DNA of 64,000 nucleotides from Clostridia bacterium 41_269. Lineage in GTDB: Bacteria; Bacillota; DTU086. Position 1 is the first letter of the stretch. Each line of letters begins with the position of its first letter. The stretch lies in contig LGEZ01000001.1 of NCBI GenBank assembly GCA_001508005.1, positions 52,392-116,391 of the forward strand, written 5' to 3'. Shown in pieces: positions 19,256 to 29,428 of the stretch. A program made the translations under genes and the position numbers. The notes beneath the pieces were generated by a model. It made no database searches, was not told the DNA's origin, and worked only from the letters and a program-made list of their open reading frames with translations.

Positions 19256-20545
19256 TTATCTTTCCCTTATATTTATTTTCAAAAAATGGGCTGAGCAGGA
19301 AAAGCAGGGATCATATGCTCTCACCAGCATTTCGCATTTGAGCTGTATTTCCTCTTTTGGGAGGGAAATAAATTTGGGTACGAACTCTTTTAGATCGTTT
19401 TCTATATTGAAGGCGTTGTGAGCAGTGGGGGAGACAATATCAGCTTCTACGATTTCTCCTTTTTTATTTATTTTATACGAATGGTACAGAAGACCTCGGG
19501 GTGCTTCTCCAATTCCGAAACCCGTTCCATCTTTGGGAACAGCTGGGATCTGTTCAGCTTTCAGCTTAAGATCTTCCAGGAGATCAATGCATGTTTCTAT
19601 GCTGTGAACCACTTCCACTGCCCTGGCCGGAATGCTGTAAAATGGATTCATTGAAGGAAACTTAAGTCCGTTTCGTTCAGCAGCCCTGCGGGCTTCCCCA
19701 GCTAAAAGGTCGTAGTTCAAGTTTACCCTTGCCAGGGGACCCACCATAAAGGACGATCTACCTTTAACGAAGGAATGCAGAGCATTGGAGTGGGACACAT
19801 GGACTTCATGGATGTTTTTGCGATATTCATTTTTTTTGAATTTAAGCCCTTTGTTTGAAGCTATAAATCCGCTTATAATGGGATATTCCTGAGGAGGAGA
19901 AGTAAGGGCAACATATTCAAAATCCCTTGTGAAATCAGGCAGTTCAATTTGGGCGGCTATCTCAACCATGTTTTGGGCGTCCTTTCTTGCCTCTTTAAAC
20001 CTTTTGATAAGGTCCTTTATCACGTCCCTGGGAGGGACATGGGTAAAACCTCCTACCACTGGAGTCACTGGGTGCACTTCTCTTCCCCCGATAGCTACTG
20101 TTAAGTCATTTCCCAGCCTTTTAAGTCGGAGAGCCTGCTCCACCAGTTCCCTATGTTCAGGAATCATGTCCAGTACGCTTTGGTATCCGAAATAGTCAGG
20201 AAGTGCCAGCATATAGGTGTGTAAAGTGTGGCTTTGTATCCACTGGCTCAATGCAAGAAGCTTCCTAAGGCGCATGGTTTCTCCGCTGGGGACGATTTCC
20301 AGAGCGTCTTCTATGGCCTGAATTGATGTGAGTATGTGGGAAACGGGGCATATTCCGCAGATCCTTGCGGCAATTTCAGGCACTTCATCAAATTTTCTTC
20401 CTATTAAAAAACTTTCAAAAAATCTTGCAGGCTCAAAAACATTAAGCTTAAGGTCTACAATTTCTCCATTGGAAACTGTTATATCCAGTGCTGCTTCTCC
20501 TTCGACCCGTGCCATATAATCCACTTTTATTTTTTTCTCATTCAC
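19256..20545 (-). CDS. [NiFe] hydrogenase large (alpha) subunit, group 3b (sulfhydrogenase-like)
   Basis: The N-terminal RICGICPVSH and C-terminal DPCFSCSAH Ni-Fe ligand motifs are present. 429 aa. It sits in a beta-gamma-delta-alpha gene order. Confidence 0.85.
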   Translation of the reverse strand: MNEKKIKVDYMARVEGEAALDITVSNGEIVDLKLNVFEPARFFESFLIGRKFDEVPEIAARICGICPVSHILTSIQAIEDALEIVPSGETMRLRKLLALSQWIQSHTLHTYMLALPDYFGYQSVLDMIPEHRELVEQALRLKRLGNDLTVAIGGREVHPVTPVVGGFTHVPPRDVIKDLIKRFKEARKDAQNMVEIAAQIELPDFTRDFEYVALTSPPQEYPIISGFIASNKGLKFKKNEYRKNIHEVHVSHSNALHSFVKGRSSFMVGPLARVNLNYDLLAGEARRAAERNGLKFPSMNPFYSIPARAVEVVHSIETCIDLLEDLKLKAEQIPAVPKDGTGFGIGEAPRGLLYHSYKINKKGEIVEADIVSPTAHNAFNIENDLKEFVPKFISLPKEEIQLKCEMLVRAYDPCFSCSAHFLKINIRER

Positions 20546-21303
20546 CTTACTCCAGCTCCTTCTTTAAAAGCCTGAGTTTCTCCGGCGTATTTAATAAATT
20601 TTAATCTAACTTCTTCGGGAGTAAGCCCGTATTCCATCATGGTTCTGGCAAGGGAAGAGGTATTGGGGTCGCTGGCAGGTCCTCTGCATCCTTCGCAGGC
20701 TCTGTGCTTTGAAGGACAGAGAGCGCCGCATCCAGCGCTTGTAACGGGTCCCATGCATACTTTCCCTTCAGTCAAAAAGATGCAGGGATATTCTCGAAGT
20801 TTGCATTCCACACATACGCTGTGGGGCCGTAAATTGGGCTTAATTTCCATAAGAGTGCTTTTAACCACTTCCACAAACTCATTTTTATCTATGGGGCAGC
20901 CCTTAACGTAAGCGTCCACCTTTACATATTGGTCAATCCCATAGGCTTTTGTGGAGTGAACAGCTGTTAAATCGGTATAAACCCTTTCTTCCAGCTCCCG
21001 TTGGGGCTTGTGGTTTTTTATTGATGCTATTCCTCCGTAACATGCGCAGGAGCCCAAAGCCACGAGGATTCTGCATTGTTCTCTGATTTCTTTGATTTTT
21101 ATAATTTCCTCAGTGCTGGTAACTGCTCCTTCCACAAAGCCTATGTCAAAGGGACCTTTTCCATAATTCCTGCTGGCCATAGGGAAATAGGCTATGTCAA
21201 TAAGTTTTAAAAGCTCCAGGAGCTCTTTTTCCAGATTGAGGATCTGAAGCTGGCATCCTGCATCTGAAGTAAACTTAAAAATTCCTACCGTAGGTTTTTT
21301 CAT
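20542..21303 (-). CDS. [NiFe] hydrogenase small (delta) subunit
   Basis: MKKPTVGIFKFTSDAGCQ...ALGSCACYGG plus C-terminal Fe-S Cys clusters. The ATG at 21303 is preceded by an AGGGGGAA RBS, although the ORF opens at 21342. Confidence 0.8.
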   Translation of the reverse strand: MKKPTVGIFKFTSDAGCQLQILNLEKELLELLKLIDIAYFPMASRNYGKGPFDIGFVEGAVTSTEEIIKIKEIREQCRILVALGSCACYGGIASIKNHKPQRELEERVYTDLTAVHSTKAYGIDQYVKVDAYVKGCPIDKNEFVEVVKSTLMEIKPNLRPHSVCVECKLREYPCIFLTEGKVCMGPVTSAGCGALCPSKHRACEGCRGPASDPNTSSLARTMMEYGLTPEEVRLKFIKYAGETQAFKEGAGVR

Positions 21304-21314
21304 CAAAATTCCCC

Positions 21315-22157
21315 CTAAAATATCTTTTCGGTAAGGTTGCACAGCTCAAAATAGCTGAAGACAGGGCCGTCTTGGCAGACAAACTTAGGCCCAATTTGGC
21401 ACAGCCCGCATTTTGATATTCCGCAGTTCATTCTTCTTTCCATGGAAAGATAAATATCTTTATCTTTAAACCCCATTTCAAGGAGCTTTTGCACCGAAAA
21501 TTTCATCATTATTTCAGGACCGCAAATTAAAACTGCGGTTTCAGTGGGATTGAGGCTTATTTTATCAAACAGTAAAGTGACCACTCCTACGTCGTGTTCC
21601 CATTCCATTCCTTCAGGAACTGAGTCCACCGTCAAAAGAAGCCGGGTATGGGGTATTTTTTTCCACTCATCATATTCCCTTCTATACAGGCAGTCCCCGG
21701 GAGTGCGGGCACCATAAAGAATTTCCATTTTGCCGTAGTTTTCTCTTTCATTTTTTATTGAATAAATAACGGGGCGTAAGGGAGCTAGACCGATGCCTCC
21801 AGCAATAATGAGTATATTTTTATCCTGAATTTTATCCATGGGCCAACCATTACCATAAGGCCCCCTGGCTCCGAAGGTATCGCCTACGCAGAGCTTAGTG
21901 ATTGCACCGGTAACGTTTCCCACCCTGCGTATGGTATGGCTGAAATACTCCTTTTCGCCTGGATCTGAACTTATGGATAAAGGGGCTTCTCCAACCCCCA
22001 GCACTGTAAGCATGTTGAACTGACCTGGCTTAAAGGAAAATTTATTTCGGACTTCATCATCCACAAAGGTAAGCTTTATGGTTTTGGTATCCTTGGTTTC
22101 TTCAGTGACATCAATGATCTTTACCATGGAAGGCATATATGGATTACTACTGCTCAA
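21315..22157 (-). CDS. Hydrogenase gamma subunit (FAD/NAD(P)-binding oxidoreductase with a C-terminal [2Fe-2S] cluster, sulfhydrogenase HydG-like)
   Basis: Ferredoxin-NADP reductase-like fold signatures (LIIAGGIGLAPL) plus CGISKCGLCQIG...C. The probable TTG start overlaps the stop of the beta gene. Confidence 0.7.
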   Translation of the reverse strand: MSSSNPYMPSMVKIIDVTEETKDTKTIKLTFVDDEVRNKFSFKPGQFNMLTVLGVGEAPLSISSDPGEKEYFSHTIRRVGNVTGAITKLCVGDTFGARGPYGNGWPMDKIQDKNILIIAGGIGLAPLRPVIYSIKNERENYGKMEILYGARTPGDCLYRREYDEWKKIPHTRLLLTVDSVPEGMEWEHDVGVVTLLFDKISLNPTETAVLICGPEIMMKFSVQKLLEMGFKDKDIYLSMERRMNCGISKCGLCQIGPKFVCQDGPVFSYFELCNLTEKIF

Positions 22158-23229
22158 TGGGCTCCCCCCTTAACTCTGCTATAATTTTGCGAGGGTCTAT
22201 TTTTTTGAGGCAGAATCTAATACATCTTCCGCATCCTACACAGCCTCTGATATAGTACTGATGTTCAAAGGAGTAGAGCTTATGATAGACCCTCTGTTTT
22301 ATCCGAGCAGCCCGCTCGCTTCGGAAATTGACGCCCAAAGCAACCTCTGCAAACTCCAACAGCATGCACGAATCCCATACCCGCTGCCGTTCGCCGCTTT
22401 TTAAAGTCAGATCCACTTTGTCGATAATGGTGAAGCAGTAGCAGGTGGGACAGACAATGGTGCAGGAACCGCAGGCAAGGCACTCTTCCTTTAGATTTTC
22501 CCAAAGGGGATGGTTTATATTTTGCTCCAGGAGCTCGGCTATATCTTCTGTATCCATTTTACTACTGATTTTATTTTCGATTATTTCCAGCTTGGCATTT
22601 TTGAGTCTATGGTATTCCATTAAAATGGAACTGTCGGTGCTTAAAGCATCAGCATATCGGCTGAGAATTTCCCTTCCCCGGGCACTGCCGATTTCAACTA
22701 GGTAATTGCCTCCTAGGGTGGTTATCAGAAGGTCAAATCCGCTGTCTATTCTAGGTCCTGTACCAAAGCTGGTGCAGTAGCACGCTTCATGGGCATCGCT
22801 GCAGGTTAGGGCTATAATGATGGAATTTTTTCTTCTCTTCATGTAATAGGGATCTTCATATCTTTTTGTAAAAACCTTATCCAGTATTTCTATTGCTCTA
22901 ACATCACAGGGATGGAGGCCTAGAAGAATCTGGCTCTTTTCTACAACATCTTTATTTTCATTGATAATTTTCCCTCCATCTTCAAAGGAAAAAAGAATTT
23001 CAAAAGGCTTGTGGAGAAATTTTTTGGGTGATATTTGGGTTGTTTCGTAGTCCCAGGCAATGTCTTGGGGATTTTCTACTTTTTCAAATACGACCAGTTT
23101 TTCTCCTTTAATGGGGGCATATACTTCGTAGTAAGCTGAAAGTTTCCTGATAAATTCATTCATGCCGTTCGGGGATAAAAGACGAGAGTTTTCTATCAAA
23201 ACCGAAATTTCATTTTCTTTCTGCAGCAT
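22147..23229 (-). CDS. Hydrogenase beta subunit (4Fe-4S ferredoxin-domain electron-transfer subunit, HydB-like)
   Basis: Two ferredoxin-type clusters (CLACGSCTIVCPTCYC and CVGCGRCIRFC). 360 aa. First gene of the operon. Confidence 0.7.
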   Translation of the reverse strand: MLQKENEISVLIENSRLLSPNGMNEFIRKLSAYYEVYAPIKGEKLVVFEKVENPQDIAWDYETTQISPKKFLHKPFEILFSFEDGGKIINENKDVVEKSQILLGLHPCDVRAIEILDKVFTKRYEDPYYMKRRKNSIIIALTCSDAHEACYCTSFGTGPRIDSGFDLLITTLGGNYLVEIGSARGREILSRYADALSTDSSILMEYHRLKNAKLEIIENKISSKMDTEDIAELLEQNINHPLWENLKEECLACGSCTIVCPTCYCFTIIDKVDLTLKSGERQRVWDSCMLLEFAEVALGVNFRSERAARIKQRVYHKLYSFEHQYYIRGCVGCGRCIRFCLKKIDPRKIIAELRGEPIEQ

Positions 23230-23384
23230 TTAATTGATAACCTCCTAAACAAAAAATAAAAATAATAATTATTGAATAATTTATAGAAGGACCTTCCCCA
23301 AGGGTCCCATTACATCATAATAAAAATGGGACATTTTTTCTGCGTTTTTTTCTGGAGGGAGAAGAAAAATATGTTCATTCTAAT

Positions 23385-24029
23385 TTATTTTATTTTTTTT
23401 CTGATGTAATGACTGCACCAATTTTTTAGAGTGCAGAGGGAGCATTTAGGATTTCTTGCGGTGCAGATGTTTCTTCCGTGGTAGATAAGCCAGTGGTGCA
23501 GTTTAGACCACAGATCTTTTTTAACAGCCTTCATAAGATCCTTTTCTGTACCCAGGGGTGTGCTGCTTTGAGCCAATCCCAGTCGGTTTGCCACTCTAAA
23601 AACGTGGGTATCCACAGCAATGGCGTCCTTTCCAAAACCGCTGCTTAAAACCACATTAGCTGTTTTTCTTCCCACACCGGGAAGTTTTATAAGGCTTTCA
23701 AAATCCGAAGGAACTTCTCCGTTGTACTTTTTGGCTAAAATTCTACATGCTGCGATAATATTTCTGCTTTTGTTTCTGTAAAGTCCGCATCCTTTGATTT
23801 CTTTTTCCAGTTCCTCAGGCTTTAGGGCTGCAAAATCTGCTGCGGTGGAATATTTTTTAAAAAGGTTTTTTGTAATTTTGTTGACCTGTTTATCCGTTGT
23901 CTGTGCAGATAGAATTGCGGCAATAAGAAGCTCAAAGGGATTGGAGTATTCCAGGGCTGTTCCTGCATTGGGATACAGCTTTTCCAGCTCTTTTATAATG
24001 TTTTCAACTTTTTCCTTGTCCAGTGTCAA
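23385..24029 (-). CDS. nth: Endonuclease III (DNA glycosylase/AP lyase, Nth)
   Basis: HhH-GPD motif (LPGVGRKTANVVL) and the C-terminal [4Fe-4S] loop CTARNPKCSLCTLKNWC. Confidence 0.85.
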   Translation of the reverse strand: MTLDKEKVENIIKELEKLYPNAGTALEYSNPFELLIAAILSAQTTDKQVNKITKNLFKKYSTAADFAALKPEELEKEIKGCGLYRNKSRNIIAACRILAKKYNGEVPSDFESLIKLPGVGRKTANVVLSSGFGKDAIAVDTHVFRVANRLGLAQSSTPLGTEKDLMKAVKKDLWSKLHHWLIYHGRNICTARNPKCSLCTLKNWCSHYIRKKIK

Positions 24030-24288
24030 AGATAATCACCGTGTACCCTTTACTATCTTCAATATTTTATAATTAAATTTTTAATTTGTATATACAATTT
24101 ACCTTAATTTTGATGCACATTTGGTTAAAAAAGTATAACATTTTTATTTAATTATAAGTTTTTAGAAAAAAGAAAGCTGCTTTATTGACATCAGCTCCTA
24201 TGTAAATTTAAATTTAATTAAAAGAATGAATCTCTTTGGAATAAATGGAAAAATCTACAAGAAAGAGCTTTTTGATTGGGGGATAATT

Positions 24289-26097
24289 ATGTCAAAAGAA
24301 AATTTTGAGAATTTAGAAAATGCTCCAATAAAGAACGGGACCGTTAGAATTGAAAAAGGTAAAGTTGTGGTCAAAGATCCCGAAGGAAAAGGAAAACCAG
24401 CGGCCATCGCGCCTGGTTTAAATGTTGATGTATATGTGGATGGAAAGAAGATAACCCAAAAAACGGAAGTTACAACAAAAAACAGAATCGAAGTGGTCCC
24501 GGCTGTTATTCCTCCTCAGCAGGAGATAAAAATTAGAGTTGATAAGGATAAAATGAAAGCATATCTTTCCATAACATACATACCCGGCAGAACATATGAA
24601 ATAGAAGACAGCTGGGAAACAAGGGAGCTGATTATAGAAGCCGTAAAATATAAGGAGCAGCTGTTGGACCCTCCCACTTTGGATGAGATTATGAAAGCTT
24701 TATCAGAGAAGGGGATAGTGTATGGTATAAGCCGAGAAGCCATTGCCGAGGCTGTATCCACCAGGGATGGTCGGGAGGTTGTGGTTGCTTCGGGCGTCCC
24801 TCCTGTCAAAGGAAGAGACGCTTTTATAGAGCTTTGTTATGAAAAGATGTTTAAAAGAAAAAATGAGGATTCCCTTTGGGTTGATACCCTTGATTATGGA
24901 AAAATAATTTCCGTTGAAGCCGGCACGGTAATAGCCAGAAAAATTCCTCCTGAGCCGGGAACCCCGGGGATAAATGTGTTTGGAGAGAAAATAGATCCTC
25001 CTCCACCAAAGGATTTGGAACTCAAAGCTGGAAATGGAGTGGAGATAAGAAACAATGGGCTTGAAGCAGTGGCTCTGATAAATGGTCGCCCGGAAGTCAG
25101 AGGCAGTAATGTATTTATATCGCCTGTACATACGGTTTACAAAGATGTGGGGAAAGAAACGGGTAATATTTATTTTAAAGGGGATGTTGTAATAGAAGGA
25201 AATGTTTCGGACGGTATGACGGTAAAAGCTTCGGGAAATGTTACTGTCAAAGGTTCCGCTGCCCACTGTCATATTTCTGCGGGCGGGAATGTTGTAGTGA
25301 ACAGAAGTGTGATTGGGGGTACCATTAAGGCAGGGGATAAAGGTGTTAAGCTTTACTCCATTAGAGAAAAGCTGCTTTCTTTAAGCAGTGAAGTGGAAAA
25401 AGTGGTGGATGTGGCATGCAGGCTTGCTGAGAATCCAAAATTTATCAGAAGACCTGAGGTGGAAAAATACGGTATTGGAGTTGGGCTGAAGCTTTTATTT
25501 GACACTAAATTTTTTGATATCCAGGAGAAATTTAGGAAATTCTATAAAGAAATAATGGGCATGGAAGAAAATGCAGCGGAAAGATATTTAGGTAAGGGAT
25601 TTGTATTGTTTTTAAATAGGGCTAAGGAAGTAATAACAGGGCGAGGAGCCCTGGAACTCAAATCTGTGGAAAGAATCAAAGGATTTGCTTCTGACTTCAG
25701 AGAAACTGTTGCTGAGGCAGTTGCAGAAATAGAGCGTTCCCTTAAAAACAGGTCCAGCATAACCGTAGGATATGCTCAGCATTCTATTCTGGAGGCTGCA
25801 GGGGATGTGATAATTACAGGCAGGGGTGCCTACAATACAAAAATTTATGCCGGAGGCAATGTGGTGGTTAAAAACGAAAGGGGCTTTTTTAGAGGTGGGG
25901 AAATTGTATCCGAAGGAAGCGTGGAAATATATGAGCTGGGATCTGCAGGGGGTGCAGTGACTTTTGTTTCCGTACCAGCAGGGCAGAAAATAAAATATAC
26001 GGTGGTTCATTCAGGGGTTAGGCTTAAAGTTGGTTCTACTATTAAAAAGTTTGAAATGAAGATAGGGGATTTGGAAGACCAGGAAAGAAGAAAATAA
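24289..26097 (+). CDS. DUF342/FapA-like (flagellar-assembly-protein-A family) protein. The ORF opens at 24226.
   Basis: Repetitive beta-helix-like G-N-V-x-V segments (ISAGGNVVVNRSVIGGTIKAGD; IYAGGNVVVKNERGFFRGGEIVSEGSVEIYELGSAGG) typical of DUF342. A GGGGGA RBS precedes ATG 24289. Confidence 0.55.
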   Translation: MSKENFENLENAPIKNGTVRIEKGKVVVKDPEGKGKPAAIAPGLNVDVYVDGKKITQKTEVTTKNRIEVVPAVIPPQQEIKIRVDKDKMKAYLSITYIPGRTYEIEDSWETRELIIEAVKYKEQLLDPPTLDEIMKALSEKGIVYGISREAIAEAVSTRDGREVVVASGVPPVKGRDAFIELCYEKMFKRKNEDSLWVDTLDYGKIISVEAGTVIARKIPPEPGTPGINVFGEKIDPPPPKDLELKAGNGVEIRNNGLEAVALINGRPEVRGSNVFISPVHTVYKDVGKETGNIYFKGDVVIEGNVSDGMTVKASGNVTVKGSAAHCHISAGGNVVVNRSVIGGTIKAGDKGVKLYSIREKLLSLSSEVEKVVDVACRLAENPKFIRRPEVEKYGIGVGLKLLFDTKFFDIQEKFRKFYKEIMGMEENAAERYLGKGFVLFLNRAKEVITGRGALELKSVERIKGFASDFRETVAEAVAEIERSLKNRSSITVGYAQHSILEAAGDVIITGRGAYNTKIYAGGNVVVKNERGFFRGGEIVSEGSVEIYELGSAGGAVTFVSVPAGQKIKYTVVHSGVRLKVGSTIKKFEMKIGDLEDQERRK

Positions 26098-26127
26098 CTC
26101 CGGAGAAGTCCGGAGTTATTTCTTTTT
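26095..26127. terminator. Bidirectional rho-independent terminator
   Basis: TAACTCCGGA-gaagt-CCGGAGTTA followed by TTTCTTTTT, between convergent genes. Confidence 0.7.
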
Positions 26128-27189
26128 CAATTCTTCTACCCTTTTTATAATAACCTGGGTTATTTCATTTAATACGTCCTGCCCCTGACCTCCTCTAAGG
26201 GTCACAGGATTACCGTCATCGCTTTTCTCACGGATTTCAGGCACCAGGGGTATTCGCCCCAGTATGGGGGCATTAAGGCTTTTAGCCATTCCTTCAGTTT
26301 CCCCTTTGCCGAAAATCCTGTATTCTTTACCGCAGTTGGGGCAGGTAAAAAAGGACATGTTTTCCACTATACCCAGAATTTTAACGTTTACCTCTTTGGC
26401 CATAAATCCTATCCTTCCTGCAATATGAGAAGCCGATGCCTGAGGCGTGGTAATTACCAGAAGAAATGAGTTGGGAAGCATATTCATTACGCTTAAAGGT
26501 GCATCTCCTGTTCCCGGCGGGAGGTCTACAAAGAGATAGTCCAGATTTCCCCAATCCACTTCCAGGATAAACTGCTTCAGCACCCCACCTATAACAGGAC
26601 CTCTCCATATAATGGGCCTGTCCCCATTATCTATAAAACTGCCCACAGATATGACTTTTACTCCGTTTCTTTCCAATGGTATCATTTTATTGTTTCTTCC
26701 CTGAACCCTTAAACCCTCCAGTCCCACTAGGCGGGGAATGCTGAAACCATAAAAATCAGCATCCAGTATTCCCACATTAAAGCCCAGCTTTCCTGCGGCA
26801 AAGGCAAAATTTGCGGTTAAGGTTGATTTTCCAACTCCTCCCTTACCGCTGCCCACCAGAACCACATTTGTATTTTTGAAAACCTGGGCTATCTTTTCCA
26901 TATCCAGATTGAAGAATATTCTCTTTTTCATCTCAGGGGACATTTCACCAAAAATAACTTCTACCTCTTTTATCCCTTCAATTTCTAAAACTGCCTGCTC
27001 CACATCAGATTTAATTTTGTTTTTTAAAGGGCATCCCTTTGTGGTAAGGACAATTTTTATCTTAGCTGAACCTCCCTCTGCCTCCACTTCTTCCACCATA
27101 CCCAACTCAACTAAACTTTTTTTAAGCTCAGGATCCTGAACCTTTTCCAAAGCTTTATAAATTTTTTCTTTTAAATCCATAGAAGTCAC
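26116..27189 (-). CDS. apbC: Mrp/NBP35-family Fe-S cluster carrier ATPase (ApbC) with an N-terminal DUF59/MIP18 domain
   Basis: Deviant Walker A GKGGVGKST, the CPNC Fe-S motif, and an N-terminal DUF59 (KVQDPELKKSLVELGMV). Confidence 0.85.
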   Translation of the reverse strand: MTSMDLKEKIYKALEKVQDPELKKSLVELGMVEEVEAEGGSAKIKIVLTTKGCPLKNKIKSDVEQAVLEIEGIKEVEVIFGEMSPEMKKRIFFNLDMEKIAQVFKNTNVVLVGSGKGGVGKSTLTANFAFAAGKLGFNVGILDADFYGFSIPRLVGLEGLRVQGRNNKMIPLERNGVKVISVGSFIDNGDRPIIWRGPVIGGVLKQFILEVDWGNLDYLFVDLPPGTGDAPLSVMNMLPNSFLLVITTPQASASHIAGRIGFMAKEVNVKILGIVENMSFFTCPNCGKEYRIFGKGETEGMAKSLNAPILGRIPLVPEIREKSDDGNPVTLRGGQGQDVLNEITQVIIKRVEELKKK

Positions 27190-27410
27190 CCCACCCGTTT
27201 GTTAATATGTATCCTGCCCCTGCTCAGCAGCTTTGCCGGCTATTTTAATAGATACCCTTATTAGGCTCTCATTATTTCTGCTTTTTTTCAAAGGGGAAAA
27301 ATAACAGCAATTAAAGGTAGGGATGGGTTTTACGATGAATATCGCTCTAAAAACGGGGAAAATACTTTTTTGAATATTTTGATGGCTTTTCCTTTATAAA
27401 TCTACAATAA

Positions 27411-27439
27411 TTGTTATTGACTGGCATCTGTGCTATAAT
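27411..27439 (+). promoter_or_regulatory. Sigma-A-type promoter for degS
   Basis: TTGTTA-N17-tgcTATAAT (extended -10) sits 30 nt upstream of the degS start. Confidence 0.5.
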
Positions 27440-27468
27440 CAGGGTATGGAATAGAGGTGGCTAAAATA

Positions 27469-28614
27469 ATGTTGGATATAAATGTTCTTGACAAGATATT
27501 GAGGGAAACTGTAGAAAATATAAGAAAAAGCCAGGAACAGATTTTCAGCATTGCGGAAAATGCTCGGGAGGAATGTGAGCGCGTAAGGCTTGAACTGGAA
27601 GATGTCAAACAGAAAACATCTTTGGTTATTGAACAAGTAGACAGCTTGGAAAAAAGGGAAAAACTGGCTCGAATCAGATTGGCCCAGGTAAGCAAAAATT
27701 TTAACAAATACGGAGAAGAGGACATTAAAAATACTTATGAGAATGCCAAAAATCTTCAGATAGAGCTGGCACTTTTGAGAGAAAAAGAAAAGCAGCTAAA
27801 GGAAAAGCGATACGAGCTTGAAGTGCGCTATAGAAGACTTAAAAAAACCGTTGAAAAGGCTGAAAATCTTATTTCCCAGATAGGGATTGCCCTTGATTTC
27901 TTGGAAAACAATTTAGAAAATGTATGGGAAGAGATAGAGAAGCTTCAGGAAAGGGAAAAAACGGTTTATGCAATAATAAGGGCCCAGGAGGAAGAAAGGC
28001 TTCGCATAGCCAGGGAAATTCATGATGGTCCCGCTCAATCCCTAGCTAATATGGTAATGCAAGCTGAATATTGTCAGAAACTTCTGGAAATACGACCGGA
28101 AGATGCTGTAAAAGAGCTTGCTCTTCTTAAAGAAACCGCAAGGGCAAATCTTGAAAGCATTAGGAAAATAATTTTTGCTTTGAGGCCCATGGATCTTGAC
28201 GACCTTGGCCTTGTACCTGCGGTCAAAAGATTTTTAAATGAATTAGGCTGCAGCAGTGGTTTAGTTGTGGAGTTCAAATTTGTGGGACGAGACTGCAGAT
28301 ATTCATCCGCGATTGAGGTTGCGGTTTTTAGAATTATTCAAGAGGCTGTTAATAACGCGGTTAAGCACTCAAAAGCCTCGACCTTGAGGGTGGTTTTGGA
28401 AACCCAGCCTTCTATGATTGCGGCGATTATAAGAGATGATGGTATTGGATTTGATGAGAGCAATATCAAAGAAGACAGCTACGGCATAAAAGGAATGCGT
28501 GAGCGCACAGCTCTTTTGAACGGAGATATAAAAATCAGCAGCTGGCCCGGGAGGGGGACAGAAATAATGGTTAAAATTCCCGTACAGGAGGAGGAGCTTT
28601 GTGGAGCCAATTAG
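27469..28614 (+). CDS. degS: Cytoplasmic sensor histidine kinase DegS (HisKA_3 class)
   Basis: No TM segment. N-terminal coiled coil. H-box REIHDGPAQSLANMVMQAEY. HATPase_c motifs. Paired with a NarL-type response regulator. Confidence 0.8.
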   Translation: MLDINVLDKILRETVENIRKSQEQIFSIAENAREECERVRLELEDVKQKTSLVIEQVDSLEKREKLARIRLAQVSKNFNKYGEEDIKNTYENAKNLQIELALLREKEKQLKEKRYELEVRYRRLKKTVEKAENLISQIGIALDFLENNLENVWEEIEKLQEREKTVYAIIRAQEEERLRIAREIHDGPAQSLANMVMQAEYCQKLLEIRPEDAVKELALLKETARANLESIRKIIFALRPMDLDDLGLVPAVKRFLNELGCSSGLVVEFKFVGRDCRYSSAIEVAVFRIIQEAVNNAVKHSKASTLRVVLETQPSMIAAIIRDDGIGFDESNIKEDSYGIKGMRERTALLNGDIKISSWPGRGTEIMVKIPVQEEELCGAN

Positions 28615-29251
28615 GGTTTTTGTTGTTGATGATCACCCCCTGGTCAGAAAAGGGATATTAAAGATTTTGAGCTTGGAAAAGGAATTTGAAATAGTAGGAG
28701 AAGCCGGTACTGGAGAGGAAGCGTTAAGGCTGATAAAGGAGGCTAAACCGGATGTAATTCTTCTTGATCTCAATCTTCCCGATATAACAGGGATTGAAGT
28801 ATGTAGGCAGATAAAAAAGGTGTACCCTGAGGGAAGGGTTATTGCCCTTACTATTTACGATGACGAGACGCACGTTATTGAAAGCGTAAAAGCTGGGGTT
28901 ATTGGTTATTTGCCCAAAGATGTGGAACCGGATACATTTATAGAAGCTGTAAAATTTGCTGCTAATGGCAGATCCTACTTTCACCCAAGCATAGCGGGTA
29001 AAGTCATTAATGACTACGAGAGGCTCTGTACAAGTCTTGAGGCAGGCCGAAAGAGCAGAAGTCTTCTTACTGCCAGGGAAATTGAAGTGTTGTCCTTGGC
29101 CGCGAAGGGTTATACGAACAAAAATATAGCAAAGGAGCTTTTTATTAGCGAAAAAACCGTTAAAAACCATATGACAAATATTTTTAGAAAATTGGAGGTT
29201 AAGGATAGGACGGAAGCGGTGGTTTATGCCATACGGGAAAGGTTGATTTAA
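28601..29251 (+). CDS. degU: Response regulator DegU (REC plus LuxR/NarL HTH)
   Basis: REC domain (VFVVDDHPL...DLNLPD) and C-terminal LuxR HTH (LTAREIEVLSLAAKGYTNKNIAKELFISEKTVKNH). Confidence 0.8.
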   Translation: MEPIRVFVVDDHPLVRKGILKILSLEKEFEIVGEAGTGEEALRLIKEAKPDVILLDLNLPDITGIEVCRQIKKVYPEGRVIALTIYDDETHVIESVKAGVIGYLPKDVEPDTFIEAVKFAANGRSYFHPSIAGKVINDYERLCTSLEAGRKSRSLLTAREIEVLSLAAKGYTNKNIAKELFISEKTVKNHMTNIFRKLEVKDRTEAVVYAIRERLI

Positions 29252-29285
29252 AAGTATTTTAAAGATATAAATTTGACACATAAAT

Positions 29286-29329
29286 GGGACTTTGTTCTTC
29301 AAATGGGAACAAAGTCCCATTTTGTTTTT
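29286..29329 (+). terminator. Strong rho-independent terminator after degU
   Basis: GGGACTTTGTTC-ttcaaatg-GGAACAAAGTCCC followed by ATTTTGTTTTT. Confidence 0.85.
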
Positions 29330-29428
29330 AGGATATTTGCTGCTTAAAAACGGTAAAACTGTCGGATTTTCGGTTTTTTTATAAGATGCTAAATTTAAAT
29401 CAACAAGACTGCCGGGGGGTGGATTTTA

